A stretch of DNA of 63,878 nt, filler included, from Cercozoa sp. M6MM (taxonomy: Eukaryota > Protista > Endomyxa: Ascetosporea), in the NCBI GenBank assembly GCA_040357565.1. It is 9 parts of 9 records of this genome, joined end to end, with 100 filler letters (N's around TTAATTAATTAA, not from the genome) between each part and the next. Parts side by side here need not be neighbours in the genome. Positions count along the whole stretch, not along the records: positions 1 to 18,709 come from JBDODJ010000229.1; positions 18,810 to 33,265 come from JBDODJ010000331.1; 7 more parts are not named here. The stretch is one strand, 5' to 3'. The notes under the pieces were generated by a model, which was not told where the DNA came from, ran no database searches, and saw only the letters and a program-made list of their open reading frames with translations. Below are positions 12,589 through 24,877 of this stretch, piece by piece. Made by a program: the position numbers and the translations under genes. How positions within the stretch are numbered: the first letter of the stretch is position 1; the number at the start of each line of letters is the position of its first letter.

Positions 12589-12991
12589 CCTTTACCAAAA
12601 GGATCGTGGGCCAACAGTACACTAAACCATCAGGAGTAAAATTTTACCTGCCAGCCCCTTGAAACCCGAGGTGCCTCTCCAGCGAAAAATCTGCATTGTA
12701 TTGCGGCATTGCCTTGCCACCCAGGTACAGGGGATCAGCTTTCGCGGTTGCCGTGCGGAGACTGGTAGAGCACTCTAGAATGTCACCTTTTCTTTACTGT
12801 TTGAGAACTGAAAACTTCGTACTTGTTCGAATCCAAGCGGATGTGAAAGCCGTTAAAAAAAATTACCGGAACGAGAGTTTTATATGAGACGCTGTACACC
12901 TAGTTCACACCCATTAATCCGCGCGGAAGAAAATCAGCAGTGATAGGACGTAGCTTCAGTTTATTTTGCACCTGGCTTTCATGCCTCTAAG

Positions 12992-15900
12992 ATGAGTTGG
13001 CTCCCGGCTTTCGGAATCATCTTGCTAGGTGTAGCTACAACCGGGTTTGAGCACACCATTCGCTACAGTGACGTGCTCCCGAACACTCTTGGAGAATCGC
13101 GGGAAACGAAGTTAGTCGACCCTTTGCTAGACGACAATACGCTTGTTGATCGGTTTGATGAGGTAGCGCAAGGGAAACGCGTGAAAAACGTCTTCTCGGA
13201 AGCTTTGCGTACGACTTCATTTTCAGTTTTGACTGATCACAAACTAACCGAGGACCTCAGGGGTGTCACACATGTGTGTTGTAGATGGGGAGGACTTCTC
13301 AACTTTTGTTTCGGAAAAGTATGGTCTCCAGAGTTTTCAGTACAAAGTCGCAGACACAGACCTTTGGTCTGAACTGCCATGGGAAGAACCAAACTCGCCA
13401 ACTGGATTCACGGGATACTATCTTCGGTTTGAGGTCCAGTCATCTGCGGCGGGAATCGCTCGTGCTACCATCACAGGTACCTTATGTCTGTTCAAGGTAG
13501 TAGCCTCTAGTCCTGGAATAACAACTTTGCTTCATTCGAACGCCTTTATAGTTAGCTTTAGCGAAGAGAGAAGGAAGCAAGCTGCTTCCGGTAATTATGC
13601 CAGACTTAAATACTGTAGCATCGCTCTTCGCACTTGAACATTCTTGATTTTGTTCATTCACCAAAGCTTGGGAGGACCCAAGTACCGTGATAATTGACGC
13701 GAACTATTCAACCGAAAATCCCTTTGGTGTGCAAGGAAGTGCTGTGGACTTGAAGTTGAGTGTCGTTTTTCGCATATACACGGCGGATTTGCTCGTCCCT
13801 CCTTCTGCGGAAAACATCAATACAGGGTTTACGCAAGGAGGGGACGGAGTGTTGACCTTTACTGTGTTCGACAACAACCTTGTTTCTCAACTCAACATTG
13901 AGAACTGCAACACAATGACCGCGGGAATGAGACAGTCTTTATTTGGTTCCATGCCCCCGACTGAACAAATGACCTTCCGGTTTCGGTGTTTGGAAGTCGA
14001 CTCATGTGGAGGTTTTGCTTTTGGCTGTCCGGAGTTAGAGGGCGTGTCGACTTGGTCAGATGACTGGTGTCGAGCTGCACGCGTCATGGTATTCTTTTGA
14101 CTGTCAAAGGAAGGGTGTGCGATCGGCTACCTGTACAGACGGGAGTCCGTCGCTCGGACGCACTGTTTTTGGGAACTGCAATGCCGAGCATTGGAGAATT
14201 CGGTGAGTTCCAGCTGAGGATTGGTTCGACTTCTGATCTCCGTCTTCGTTCACAGGGGTGTATTCCGGATGCGACGGCCTCCAGAATCTGTCGCTGGCAA
14301 CCATCGAGGACTCGTTCTCAAGAGATATCGCTGCAGTCCCTCTCTTCATCGAACCCGTCTCTGAGAACATAGGACTCACTGTTTTGTCTCTACCTGCCAG
14401 TGGCGGTTTGTACTATGACGACGGAAGCACTCCCGTTAGTCGACTGGAAAATATCACACTTTCTCGGAATCAGGTACGCTGTTTTCAGTTCATTGGTTTG
14501 AAAGTTATTCGAGCGTTTAAATAGAACGAATTTGATAAAAACTTGGTGTATCGTCCGTCGTCAGAGTTCTTTGGCGAAGACTCTTGTAAGTTAGATTGTT
14601 AGCAACTCTTCTCGGAAGCACTCGTTAAAGCGCCATGTTTGCAGTCGAATTCGCCATCTATCGTTTCACCGAAGAGTCCACCTTGCATAGCGCAAAGCGA
14701 GTGCTGTCCAACACAGCGAGAGCAGAACTGAACGTAGCTCGTCTCAACACGTCTCCTTGGTTACCGTTTCCGCATCAGAGCGTAAACGGAAAGGAAGACG
14801 AGTATCTATACATTTGCTTGGAAGCGCGAGATAACGAAAACGACGTTCTCACTTTCGAGATTCTCACGACACCTCCAGACATTGCAAGTGGTTCAGCGTA
14901 TTTCTTCGTAAACGAGGAGGGAAACCCTGGCGAACAGTTCTTTCTCGGCCCACTGCCCGAAGGGCAGAACTGCTTTTACTATAAGCACGCCAATGACATG
15001 TGGTGCGGGTCCGCCCCGTGCTTCACACTTTTGTACAAGGCACTGGACGGGTACGGAGGGGAAAGTTCAGTCGGAGAGATCGATATTTATATTGAAGCTG
15101 TCAATGGTACGCGCTCATCTCTAGCTTAGAGATTTTGCTTTAATACGGCGCCTTTCAATGCGAATAGACCCAGCTGTGATCGTCGGAGGCAATACAGTGT
15201 AAATTATATACTTTTCTTTTATTTTAAGCTGGGTGTCCAGGTAACATTACGCTGTAGAAAACTCGAACAGCTCGCCTTGGCCGATGGAACCTTTCCGGTT
15301 GTTTCACATGCCCTCGTGGTTCGAGACGTGGACAGCCCAAACCAGTTTTTTAGGATTTTGGAGAACAGTACAGCCCCCTGGTACATTGACGGTTGCAATG
15401 ATATTCAATGATGCCTCACGGTAATAGATTTCTGCATGCAGGAACGAATACGCGACCGTCTATTTTGTTCCTCAGAGCGCTGGAAGGGATCAAGTCATAC
15501 CCCCAGAAGCATCACCCTTGGCAGTTGGCCAAGAGCAGCAGTTCGAAGGTGATGTCGCCGAGCCCGACAAGTTCGTTTTGTCGTTGCTTGTTGTGGCAAT
15601 GGCAAATTCTGGCGGTGGCTACTTTGGTGACAGTTGGATTACAGTTCCGTTCGAGATCTGGAGTGGAGATGCAGTGGGAACACCACAAAAAGGCGAAATT
15701 CAAGTTGGGATGCAGTGCCTCCCCGGTTCGTATCGCACAATCTGGTCAAAAACGGGTACAGTGTTTCAGATACCATACCTTTGACAGTTCTACGAATTTA
15801 GAGAGAGATGTTGCTTAGGGGTGGGTTGCTCCGAATGTCCCAATGGCGCCGTCTGCAGCAGCAACGGGCAATTTTTTCCGGAGGCTGCCGCAGGTTTCTA

Positions 15901-18530
15901 TCGTTCCTCTGCAAACCCATTCGTTTTTGTCTCGTGTGAGCCGCAAGCGGCATGTCCTCAGGGCGCTGGTACGCGCGCTAATTTAAAACTATCCAAACCA
16001 CTGCAGCTGTATTGTAAACGCTGGCAACGACAGGAGCTGCCGGTTCGGTGGAAGAACTTGGTTTCTACACTTCCGGTACTTTGAACATCCTCGAAAAAAC
16101 ACGAAGGAATTTTGGGCGTTGTGCAGAGGGATCCTGCGCCGAAGGTTATGGCTCGTATCGCTGTGGCGAGTGCATGTCGGGTTATTTTCGACTCGGAGAA
16201 CTGGTTTGTTTCTCCAATGTAAAATTAGCCCCGCTCAACTTAGCCCCCCCCCCCCCCCCCCCAGTAACCCTTTAACTCCGTTCGTAGTGCCACCAGTGTC
16301 CCGAACAGCGTAACATGCTGACCTTGCTCATTGGCGGAATCGTGTTGTTCTGCTTGGCAGTTCTATTTCTCTGGATTGGGACAAAAGGGCCTGGTAAAAC
16401 AATTGCTGACTGACTGCACAGGACCTTTGACAGCGAATGTTGTTTTTGCGCGTATTTCAGACCTCGGATTTTTGTCCATCATGTTGTCATTCTTTCAAGG
16501 TATTACCCACGCATATGTGTTGAAACACGGACAGTTCTTTTGCACTGCAGTTCTGACAATCATTTCAAAGCTGCGACTAAATTGGAGCGACGGCGTGCGA
16601 AGTGCCTTCAACTGGTAGGTCCACCTCGCTGGAGCGACCTTCACCAAAAGTCAATTGCTTTCATAAAGGGGCTAGTTGTGTTCAGGGCGAGTGTCTTTAA
16701 CTTTAATATCGACTTGTTTTCGATCGAGTGCGATGCGCCAGATTTCTCATACTTTGACAAAGTAAAACATCTTTCCGCCAGAATGTAACTGACTACCTGC
16801 ATCCTTGTCTACCCAGTGGCGAGCGATAATGCTGTTCCCTGTCATTATGATTGCCTTTTTCATCGTCGCTGCGGTAAAGTTGCCAATTCTCTCCTCCATA
16901 CGCGAAACCGTTGTTTCGTTGTGTTCGCAGCTGTGTATCACGTTCATCGGTCTGCTCGGCGACTGTTTCAGAGCCTGCAAAAACATGAATCAAGAACGCC
17001 GACTGCGCCGAAAGAGAAAGAGGGAAGGCATCGAAGTGCGCGAAGGTGAGGTTGGCATGGATGGCAAACGCAGGGAGTCTCGATGGAAGACACAGCTGCG
17101 AAGTTTAATTCGGGCCTACATTTTGTTGCTGTCGGTCGCATATCTCCAGCTATCTTCGACTGCTTTGGAGCCGTTTGGTATTTTCTTCAGTTATATTATG
17201 TGCCAAAAGGCTCTCTTTAGTTTGGTACAACTTTATTGCCACAGATTGCACAAAAAACGACGGTATCTACAGCTATGCATGGATTTGTACGGAGTGTGTT
17301 TTCTTGTAAGCCAACTTGTCTTTTCTTGCTTCAACAGACGGCACACGGGTAGCTTCCGCTCTCGATGTCTGCAATGCTTTTAATACAAAAACACTCAAAT
17401 TTACATGACCAGACACTCGACTCGGATACCTCGCAACCTTGCTGGGAAGGTGAAGCTCTAAAGGTCATCCCGTTTGCACTACTCGCGTCTGTCGTTTACT
17501 GGTACTGGTGTCACAGAATGCGAATACTGTCATCACAATAAGAATACATACTGAAAGTATAGTCTCGGAATTCCACTTCTTTTCGTCTTTATCCTGTTCG
17601 AATGGCGACCTCTCACTTCGCACTCCAGAAAGAAAAAGGTCTGCTGCAATGCATGCACTCTAAATCTCCCCAAACCTGTCCGCCAGTCGTCTTCGCTGAA
17701 CCTCTTGGTATCATTTTCCCGTTTTCGCTGACGAGTCGCTTATTTTACTCATGTGCACAGGAAACAATCGGTCTGAAAAAGCCGAAAAAGGAGCGCCTGT
17801 CAATGGCGAGCGAGTTCGATTTATTGAGGCAACGAGCTCAGTATGATGTCAATGCGTACGCCCCAGAAGTGGTGGTGGTAGGTTCTGACCTGATAATGGC
17901 TGTACTAGTTCTGCTCAAACAGACCGCCTGTAGTACGGGGAGGAAGTACGAATGAGTCGCTGGAAGGACAAGTACGGATCGTTGAACCGGCAGTATGGTA
18001 TACATGACAGGATTCAGAGCAGTATGCGACACTGTCGTTTTCGCAGGGGAGCACGCGTACTGGTGGGAGTTGTGCATCGTAAAATCGAATACTTGGTTGG
18101 GATACCCTGAGTACCCCAACTGACCTTGGATAGATGGGAAGAAAGCTCGCGATTTCTCTGGCTGAAATCTTCTTCAGGTACAAGAACCCCACCACTAGTC
18201 GAAAAGCGAATGTGATTGCCATAGTCAAATGGTCATGTTCCAAGCAACGATTACTCTGGGGGTGCTCGTCGTGGCGTTGCTCTTGCACGAACGATGGCGA
18301 CCCTATCGACCCGGAAAGCACTACAACCGACTCGAACACGTCACTCTGTCTGCGTCAATCGCAATTCTGCTCACTGGTGAGTTGAAAACGAACGACAGTA
18401 CACTTGTCGCGTATTGTCTCGTTGTGCAGGCTTGCTTTTCTACGGAGAACCGAAATTCTCCGAGTCGAAATTGCAATCAGTGTTGACATGGATTATCATA
18501 GCTATTATTGGTGCCTGCTGTAGCTTCCTG
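12992..18530 (+). CDS. Large surface protein: signal peptide, cadherin/Ig-like repeat, Cys-rich repeats, multi-pass TM region (3' truncated by contig end)
   Basis: MSWLPAFGIILLGVA signal; ARDNENDVLTFEIL...YKALDGYGGESSVGEIDIYIEAVND cadherin-like; CSECPNGAVC, CAEGYGSYRCGECMSGYFR Cys-rich; several TM helices ending in RPYRPGKHYNRLEHVTL. Confidence 0.75.
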
Positions 18531-18535
18531 TGGCT

Positions 18536-18701
<166 letters not shown>

Positions 18702-18753
18702 AGAACGCANNNNNNNNNNNNNNNNNNNNNNNNNNNNNNNNNNNNNNNNNNNN

Positions 18754-18765
18754 TTAATTAATTAA
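18754..18765. other. Artificial contig linker TTAATTAATTAA flanked by Ns (also at 33310, 39493, 44608, 47781, 51714, 54954, 60127)
   Basis: Identical 12-mer with stops in all six frames inside 100-nt N spacers, eight times. Confidence 0.98.
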
Positions 18766-18809
18766 NNNNNNNNNNNNNNNNNNNNNNNNNNNNNNNNNNN
18801 NNNNNNNNN

Positions 18810-19428
18810 CCCCCCCTTGTGCAGTGGCAGGACTGGCACTGTGTAGTGTGATGCAAGCAAACGAAGCGATCGTTGTCGTTGGTGCTGAGCGTTTCTCCGA
18901 GTACTCTGGCTATGGGCACTCCTTCAAATTCGCCGGTGCCTACTGTGACACGACGCCGACTGCACAGATCCTGGTACAAAAGTTAAACGGGAACTAGAAG
19001 AAATGCAAACTGTGTTTCTAGGGTGCACACGTGTTGGATCGCACAATCATTGCCGTAGACGCCTTGAACCTGCACCGTCGTCGTTTAGATCAGTGGAACT
19101 TACGTTCGCTGGAACGTGAACTCACCAAGGCAACGGTTGGTTTCTCGTTCGACAGTGGCAAAAACAACCAAAACACGTCTGTTGCTACTGGAAACTGGGG
19201 CTGCGGCGCCTTTGGTGGCGACGTTGGTGCATTGAACTGAAACACCCGATGTCAAAGTTCAATGTAGTTTGATTGTGTTTTGTTCTGTAGTGCTGAAGGC
19301 GTGTTTGCAATGGATCGCGTGCTCGTTGGCTGGACAGTCGATGCAGTACTTCACGTTTGGGTGCGACGAAGTGCAACAGTTTCGCCGCATCGTAGAGGTC
19401 GCTATGCAGGTGTTGCCTTAACCAGGTT

Positions 19429-19508
<80 letters not shown>

Positions 19509-19727
19509 GTTGCTTTGATTTAGTGCGAACTGAGAGTGTTTGAACTCTGGCGAATCCTGCAGCTATTCGAACCGTCGTACGGCGAGTCTTTCTGCGACAA
19601 CGTCATTCGCCTTGCGCGCCAGCAGCTCGCTGAGCGTTCCAACGCCAGCGAGTCAGGCGACTCGATCGCGAGCTCTGGGTCGAATTTCGGCCCGAACGAA
19701 GATCTAGATCTTGAAGACGAGATGTAG
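18810..19727 (+). CDS. PARG: Poly(ADP-ribose) glycohydrolase, C-terminal catalytic part
   Basis: GAERFSEYSGYGHSFKFAG, IIAVDAL, RELTKATVGF, VATGNWGCGAFGGD and LQWIACSLAG..YFTFG motifs. Confidence 0.92.
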
Positions 19728-20116
19728 CGTATACGTATGCGTATGGTAGCCCGTCCGGTCTGTCCGGTCGAGTTTGGATAGCGTAGGGTTAAATACAGTC
19801 GAGTAATTTCTACCTACTATAAATTAAATGTACTGTCGTGTACGCGACATAGTATACGGTACGGCGCGGCACGGTACAAAAATGTGCCGTAACGAAACGT
19901 AACGTTAACGAACAACCGACAAGCGAACGCGATCGACAAACTTAAGTGGTCAGCGCAAGTCGGGTCGGCTTGCGGTCTCGGACCTTCCGCGCGGCTGTCG
20001 ATGATTTTGACATAGCGGATCTGAGTTGAAGTTGCGGTGAACACACAAACCCTTTCAAGCTGCTCCTAACTCCTACAAGCCATATTTGATACCGTACGTG
20101 TAAAAACCGAAGTGAC

Positions 20117-22160
20117 ATGGGAGGGTCAGTTTCGAAAGGCTCGAGCGATTTGAGTCCAAGCGTGCTGGTACAAACAGGACTACAGCGCCACTAAAAAGCA
20201 ACATCTTTTGCTTAGATTATCGGACACGGGTATGCTGGGAGCGAACTAGCAAGACAACTTGCTCGCAAAGGTGCCAACGTTGTGGTAAATTTAAATGCCA
20301 GGTGAAATAATAACGTAAATTTTTTAAATAAACTTAACCCAACTTTTATTTGAGCATCGCTCTTCCTCCAGGTGATAGAACGACAAGATTACTTCAACCA
20401 CAATGTTGCTATGCTTCGAGGTCTCAGCTGCGACGATTGGGAGTTTGCGACGTTCTACCCTTTAAGCGCAGAAAGCAGTTCAGGCAGACTCCTGATTCTA
20501 CGGGGTAATGTCACACATGTGACTTTGACTAGAGTGGAACTCGAAGGTGGGAACTCTATCGACGCAACGAAATTTGACTACTTCTGTTTGGCGATGGGGT
20601 ATGACTGTGACAATGTTACTTCTGTTACCTCTAAGTTTAATTATAACACTATGGCTGTTTGGGCAACTGAACTGATTGCAGTTCAAACCATGCCATCAAG
20701 GTCGATTCTGAAAAAGACCTTCGCCAGTTGAACGAACTTCTGGATGCGGAACTGCAGGATGAAAAACACAATCTTCGCTCCCTTTCTTTGGCTTTTGAGT
20801 ACACATCAACTCTTCGCGAGAAGTTGCGCTCCAGCGAAAAGGTTGTCGTTCTTGGTGCTGGAGCAGTCGGCATCGAACTGTCTGGAGAACTTTTGGCAGC
20901 AAATCCAGAGCTAGAAGTCACCATGGTTACACCGAGCGACAACGTGCTTCCAAACAACAACGTACATTTGTTTGCTTCTACGTACTATAGTTCCGCAAAC
21001 TAGAAGTAAGATTCGCTTATTTCCTGCCTTGCACAGTTCCACGAAAGGCTAGCGGAGCAATGCAAGCGACGGCTCGGTTTGGTGGGAGGAGATCGCTTTA
21101 AACTCATCTTCAATGAACGGTTTAACGTCACAGCAGAGAATGTAAGTTAGTAAACGCGTTTTTTCTCAGCATTCAACCTCCAGTATGTTTATTGAAGCTA
21201 TCTGCAGGTTGGAGAGAAAGAGCACAAGCAGTTTCAAGAGTGTGGCATGTGCTTCTTGGGCGACAAAACGTCCATTAAATTGGTAAACGGTGGGACAATC
21301 GACGAAGTCGGAGCGATCGTGAACGCCTACGCGACTCGAATTCGAAACGAAGCTGTTATCGCTGCTCGAGAGAAGCAAGACTCGCTGCAGCCCTGTCTCG
21401 ACTCACGAGGAAGAGTTCAAGTCGATGAGTTTTTCCGACCGCAATTTCCGTCGGAGGTAGTCGAGCAGATGAACGAAGTAGCGAAGGGCAGGTAAACGCG
21501 GAACCGAAGTGGATGTACAGTGTGATGGTGTCTTCTATGTCGTGTGCTCGCACCGGGCAGACTTGAAAAGACGTTCTGCATCGGTGACTTGGGGAATGCA
21601 GGAGCCATGCTGGCATGGCATGCAAAAGAAGAAGCAAAGTTGCTCGCACACAACATCATGGTTCACCACCGTGGCGCAAGTGACAAGCTTAAAATGAAGC
21701 CATGGACGGGAGGACCAGTTGGAATAATGCTTCCAATGGTAAATTTAAATCTGGCGTATTGTTTTTTTGTTGTTTTTCCAGTTGACGCAGGTGATATTGT
21801 TGTTCCTGTCTGTTTAGGGCCCCCGGGAAGGATGCTCACAGGTGCCAGGCATAGGCGTCGTCGGTCGTGCTATCACCGGCATGGGCAAGGGGCACGACTT
21901 GATGGTCTATAAATTAATATAAATTTAGACGAAGTGCTTGTTGCCAAAGGATCATGAAACAATCAAAATCGTATCCGTAGGCCGGGGAGTTTTCCCGAGC
22001 CCTTGGACTACGTTCCGGCAAAAGTAAGCCACCATACAGTGCTGCGACGTTTGCGAATCAGCGCTCGTCGTTTCCTATGCAACAGGCCGTGTTGACACTC
22101 GCAAGCGAATCTTTTCAGCGCGATGGTGAAGCAGAACTGAAGGAACGTCGACTGAATTAG
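20117..22160 (+). CDS. AIFM2/FSP1-like FAD/NAD(P)H oxidoreductase
   Basis: N-terminus MGGSVSK; IIGHGYAG and VVVLGAGAVGIELSGEL Rossmann motifs; GRVQVDEFFR; FCIGD. End approximate. Confidence 0.8.
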
Positions 22161-22164
22161 CTAG

Positions 22165-23090
22165 AACCTGTCAGGTCGGGGCCACTGGCATTGCACAGAA
22201 ACTTGAAGAATTGAAACGACCACTGACGGTCCCGAGAGGACACACCGTCAATAAACAATACCCTTCACGGCTGCCCCAGAAACTGAAATTGCCATTGCTT
22301 TAAGCCTACGTTGAGTTGAAAATGGCAACAAGCTTCGCGGTCTTCAGGCTTCGCCAGCAGGGCCTGTGAGAGTTCCAGCGGATCTCCAGTTGAAGATGTG
22401 TTTTTTCTTACTGTAAGTTTACGTAGCCTGCCGTAGCTCGTGCAATGAGTCGGTTCAAGTTCAGTTACGAAACCATCGGGGCGTATTGAGGGTTGTACGG
22501 GGGCGGATTTGGTTGCAACTGTGCCTGCTCTGCCTGTTGGCGCACTTCTAGTCGCCGCTGGAGTTGGTCGCGCTGCTGTCTCAGATTCTGTACTTCACGG
22601 TCATCGAGGCGTCTGCGAACTCTTAATACTGCGCGTTCGTACAATACTAGACACATACTGTACAGTAGTCGTGGAAGTAACTACCGCAGACCACACAAAC
22701 AACGAGGAAAAAGAAGCAAGGAAGGAACCTAAACTTAAAACAATAACAGATGACCCACAGACCTTTAGTTCGTCAACATAGCCATTTAAACACTATCGTT
22801 GCATGGTACACCGCCAGAAATGTAGACATGTGCTGTCCGCGCATATGCGCCGTGAATTCTGGCATTGTGGCCAAGCAAAATTGCCTTGCAACAAAGCACC
22901 ACTTCGACTTGAGTCAAACTTCCGGTCCTTGGGTCTTCGACTGCTCTGGTTGCCTGGATGAGACAGCAAAAACTTGTACAAAGTGTGAAGAGCAGTCGAG
23001 TCGTATGCAGGTGGTAACACGTACTTCAAGTCCGTTGGCAGGCAAAGTCGAATTCGGTGCACTTCAGCCCGGACGCGTGCGTTTCCCAGT
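22165..23090 (-). CDS. Small hypothetical protein with hydrophobic segment, coiled coil and PPPY motif
   Basis: Exon ...RRRLDDREVQNLRQQRDQLQRRLE...PNPPPYNPQY with GT-AG flanks. Boundaries uncertain. Confidence 0.35.
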
Positions 23091-23116
23091 TGACTTTCGA
23101 AAGTTTCATTTCACTG

Positions 23117-23930
23117 CTAGTTAGTCTACAAAGAACCAACTACTATGTAGGTCCCCTGCACCAGCCCTGGGGTGGGTCACAAGCTCATGGCAGTAGTCCA
23201 TCGCGTTCAGGCTGGGGATATCCAACTCCCCTTTGAAGTTCCCCAGAACCTCTTCAAGGTTGGGACAGGTGGCGGGCTGAGAGCAGGAGAAGTCGTCGGC
23301 ATTGGCGTCCCGTCGCCTTGCTGTCGTCCGTCGAGTCGTCTCGTCGCCTGTCATTCCTCCACGTATTAAGACACACACAGACAAACATAGAAATTTGGGT
23401 GGTGGCCTAGTCCATATCGCAGCTGGCTTCTCCCATACCACTCTGGCGATGTTCTCAAGTTTGCTCAGCAAGTGCTCGATTGTGCGCCACTCTGGCGGAC
23501 GCCATCAGTTCCTTTGACTCAATGCGTTCTATCAGCCGGTGATAGGCCCAGCCTTTCTTCTTTTTCTGTGGTTCTTGCTGAGTGCTATCCACCGTTGTTT
23601 GTTGAGTTGAGTCTTAATGTGGGAGGGTACCCAGTGTATTGTGATGTGCCTTGTCCTTTGTCTGATACCCATCCGGTATCCAGCTTCAGTTCCTTTCAAA
23701 CTGCCGTCGGGTTGTCCTATTTTTGAGGAAGTTTCAGGGTTCATTTCTTGACTTAACTTAAGTGTACATAACTTACATGGACTACTGCCTTGCCTTTGGA
23801 GCGCTCTGAGTGTGTTCTTCCTCCTCGGGCTTTCTCGAACGGTGCCAGAAGGACAGTTGTCCTCTTTACGTGCCAGCCGATTTCCGGGGGGTTGCTGCAA
23901 GAACGACAACTCGTCCTTGGCGAGTCAATC
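23117..23930 (-). mobile_element. Degenerate 3' fragment of an RNase H-containing non-LTR retrotransposon (copy 1)
   Basis: DGSLKGTEAGY and ITIHWVPSH RNase H motifs. DNA blocks GACTAGGCCACCAC and GACCCACCCCAG..CTGGTGCAGGGGA.CTACATAGT shared with 59377-59620. Ends in ACTAACTA. Confidence 0.75.
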
Positions 23931-24028
23931 AGCAGATGTGATCGCCACCGATCAGCGATCTAGTCGCAGTTCAGTGCCCTCTGCGTTCTTGTTTCTTAGT
24001 TATTGTCACACTAACACCTGCATACATT

Positions 24029-24633
24029 ATGAAGCTGCTTCTTGTTGCCCTGGCTGGTGAGTGACTCCAATAAATTCGGTTTTCTTTTTGTCTCGGGGTC
24101 GGCGTTTCGGGTTTCTTCTGCCTTGCTGTTGGGAGAGAATTGCACGTGCTGTAGGCCTTGTTGCCGGCGCCGCTGCCGTTGAGCGTCAGCCGCTTGAGCA
24201 GGCGCTCCGCAAGGTCGACGACCTGCGTGCGGTACAACACTTTCGATGATCCCTGACCTCGTTTTGTGCGTGTGTAAAGTTTCTTTCGTGTGCAGATGAA
24301 CCTGCAGCAGGCCGAGATGATCCAGGAACTCGAGCTGCAGCTCGAGCAGCTCATGCTTGACGAGGTGCTTCGTTTTTGTTGCCTGTGTGATTGGTTTGTG
24401 GGCGCCCGTTTGAGATGTGTATCGCGCAGGAAGACGAGGTCTCTGCCTTTGGCTGGGGTGCTGCCGCGCGTGCCATCGCCGGCGGTGGCTGCGGCGGCGG
24501 TGCGCGTGCCGCGCAGGAGGGCCGCAACTCGGCGTCGCCCGGCCGTGGCGCCGGCCGTCGTGGTTCGCCGAACCGCGGCCGCAGCCGCAACCGTCGCGAT
24601 CGCAACCGTCGTGGGCGCCGTGGCCGTCGCTAG
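24029..24633 (+). CDS. 125-aa secreted precursor: signal peptide, acidic coiled-coil pro-region, Gly/Arg-rich cationic tail
   Basis: Exons 24029-24056, 24155-24231, 24296-24364 and 24430-24633, all GT-AG and in frame: MKLLLVALAGLVAGAAAVERQPLEQALRKVDDLRAMNLQQAEMIQELELQLEQLMLDEEDEVSAFGWGAAARAIAGGGCGGG...RRGRRGRR*. Strong C/G third-position bias. Confidence 0.8.
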
Positions 24634-24676
24634 TTTGCTGTTACTAACGGAACTGACTCTGCGCGGAAAAAGACTG

Positions 24677-24877
24677 GGGGTATGGCGGGGTTTTTCGAGG
24701 CAAAACCAGAAATAAAGAGAGGTTCAGAGGGCTAAAATGTGGGTAATAGCGGGTTAGGGGGGTACGAGCGGGTTAGGGGTTAAGGCGGTAGGGGGTAAGA
24801 GCGGGTTAGGGGTTAACGGCGGTCAAGGGGTAGTTTTGGGAGGTTCGGTTTTGCCTCGAAAAACCCCGCCATACCCC
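24677..24877. mobile_element. 201-bp MITE with perfect 31-bp TIRs and 6-bp TSD
   Basis: GGGGTATGGCGGGGTTTTTCGAGGCAAAACC at 24677-24707 and its exact reverse complement at 24847-24877; AGACTG at 24671-24676 and 24878-24883. Confidence 0.9.

Noticed and set aside
12750-12840. tRNA-like boxes TGGTAGAGC and GTTCGAATCC
   Set aside because: No acceptor stem or anticodon arm can be folded and the T-stem is imperfect; at most a relic.
18710-18809. Repeated TTAATTAATTAA palindrome between N runs, looking like a dispersed element
   Set aside because: Artificial six-frame-stop contig linker, identical at eight sites.
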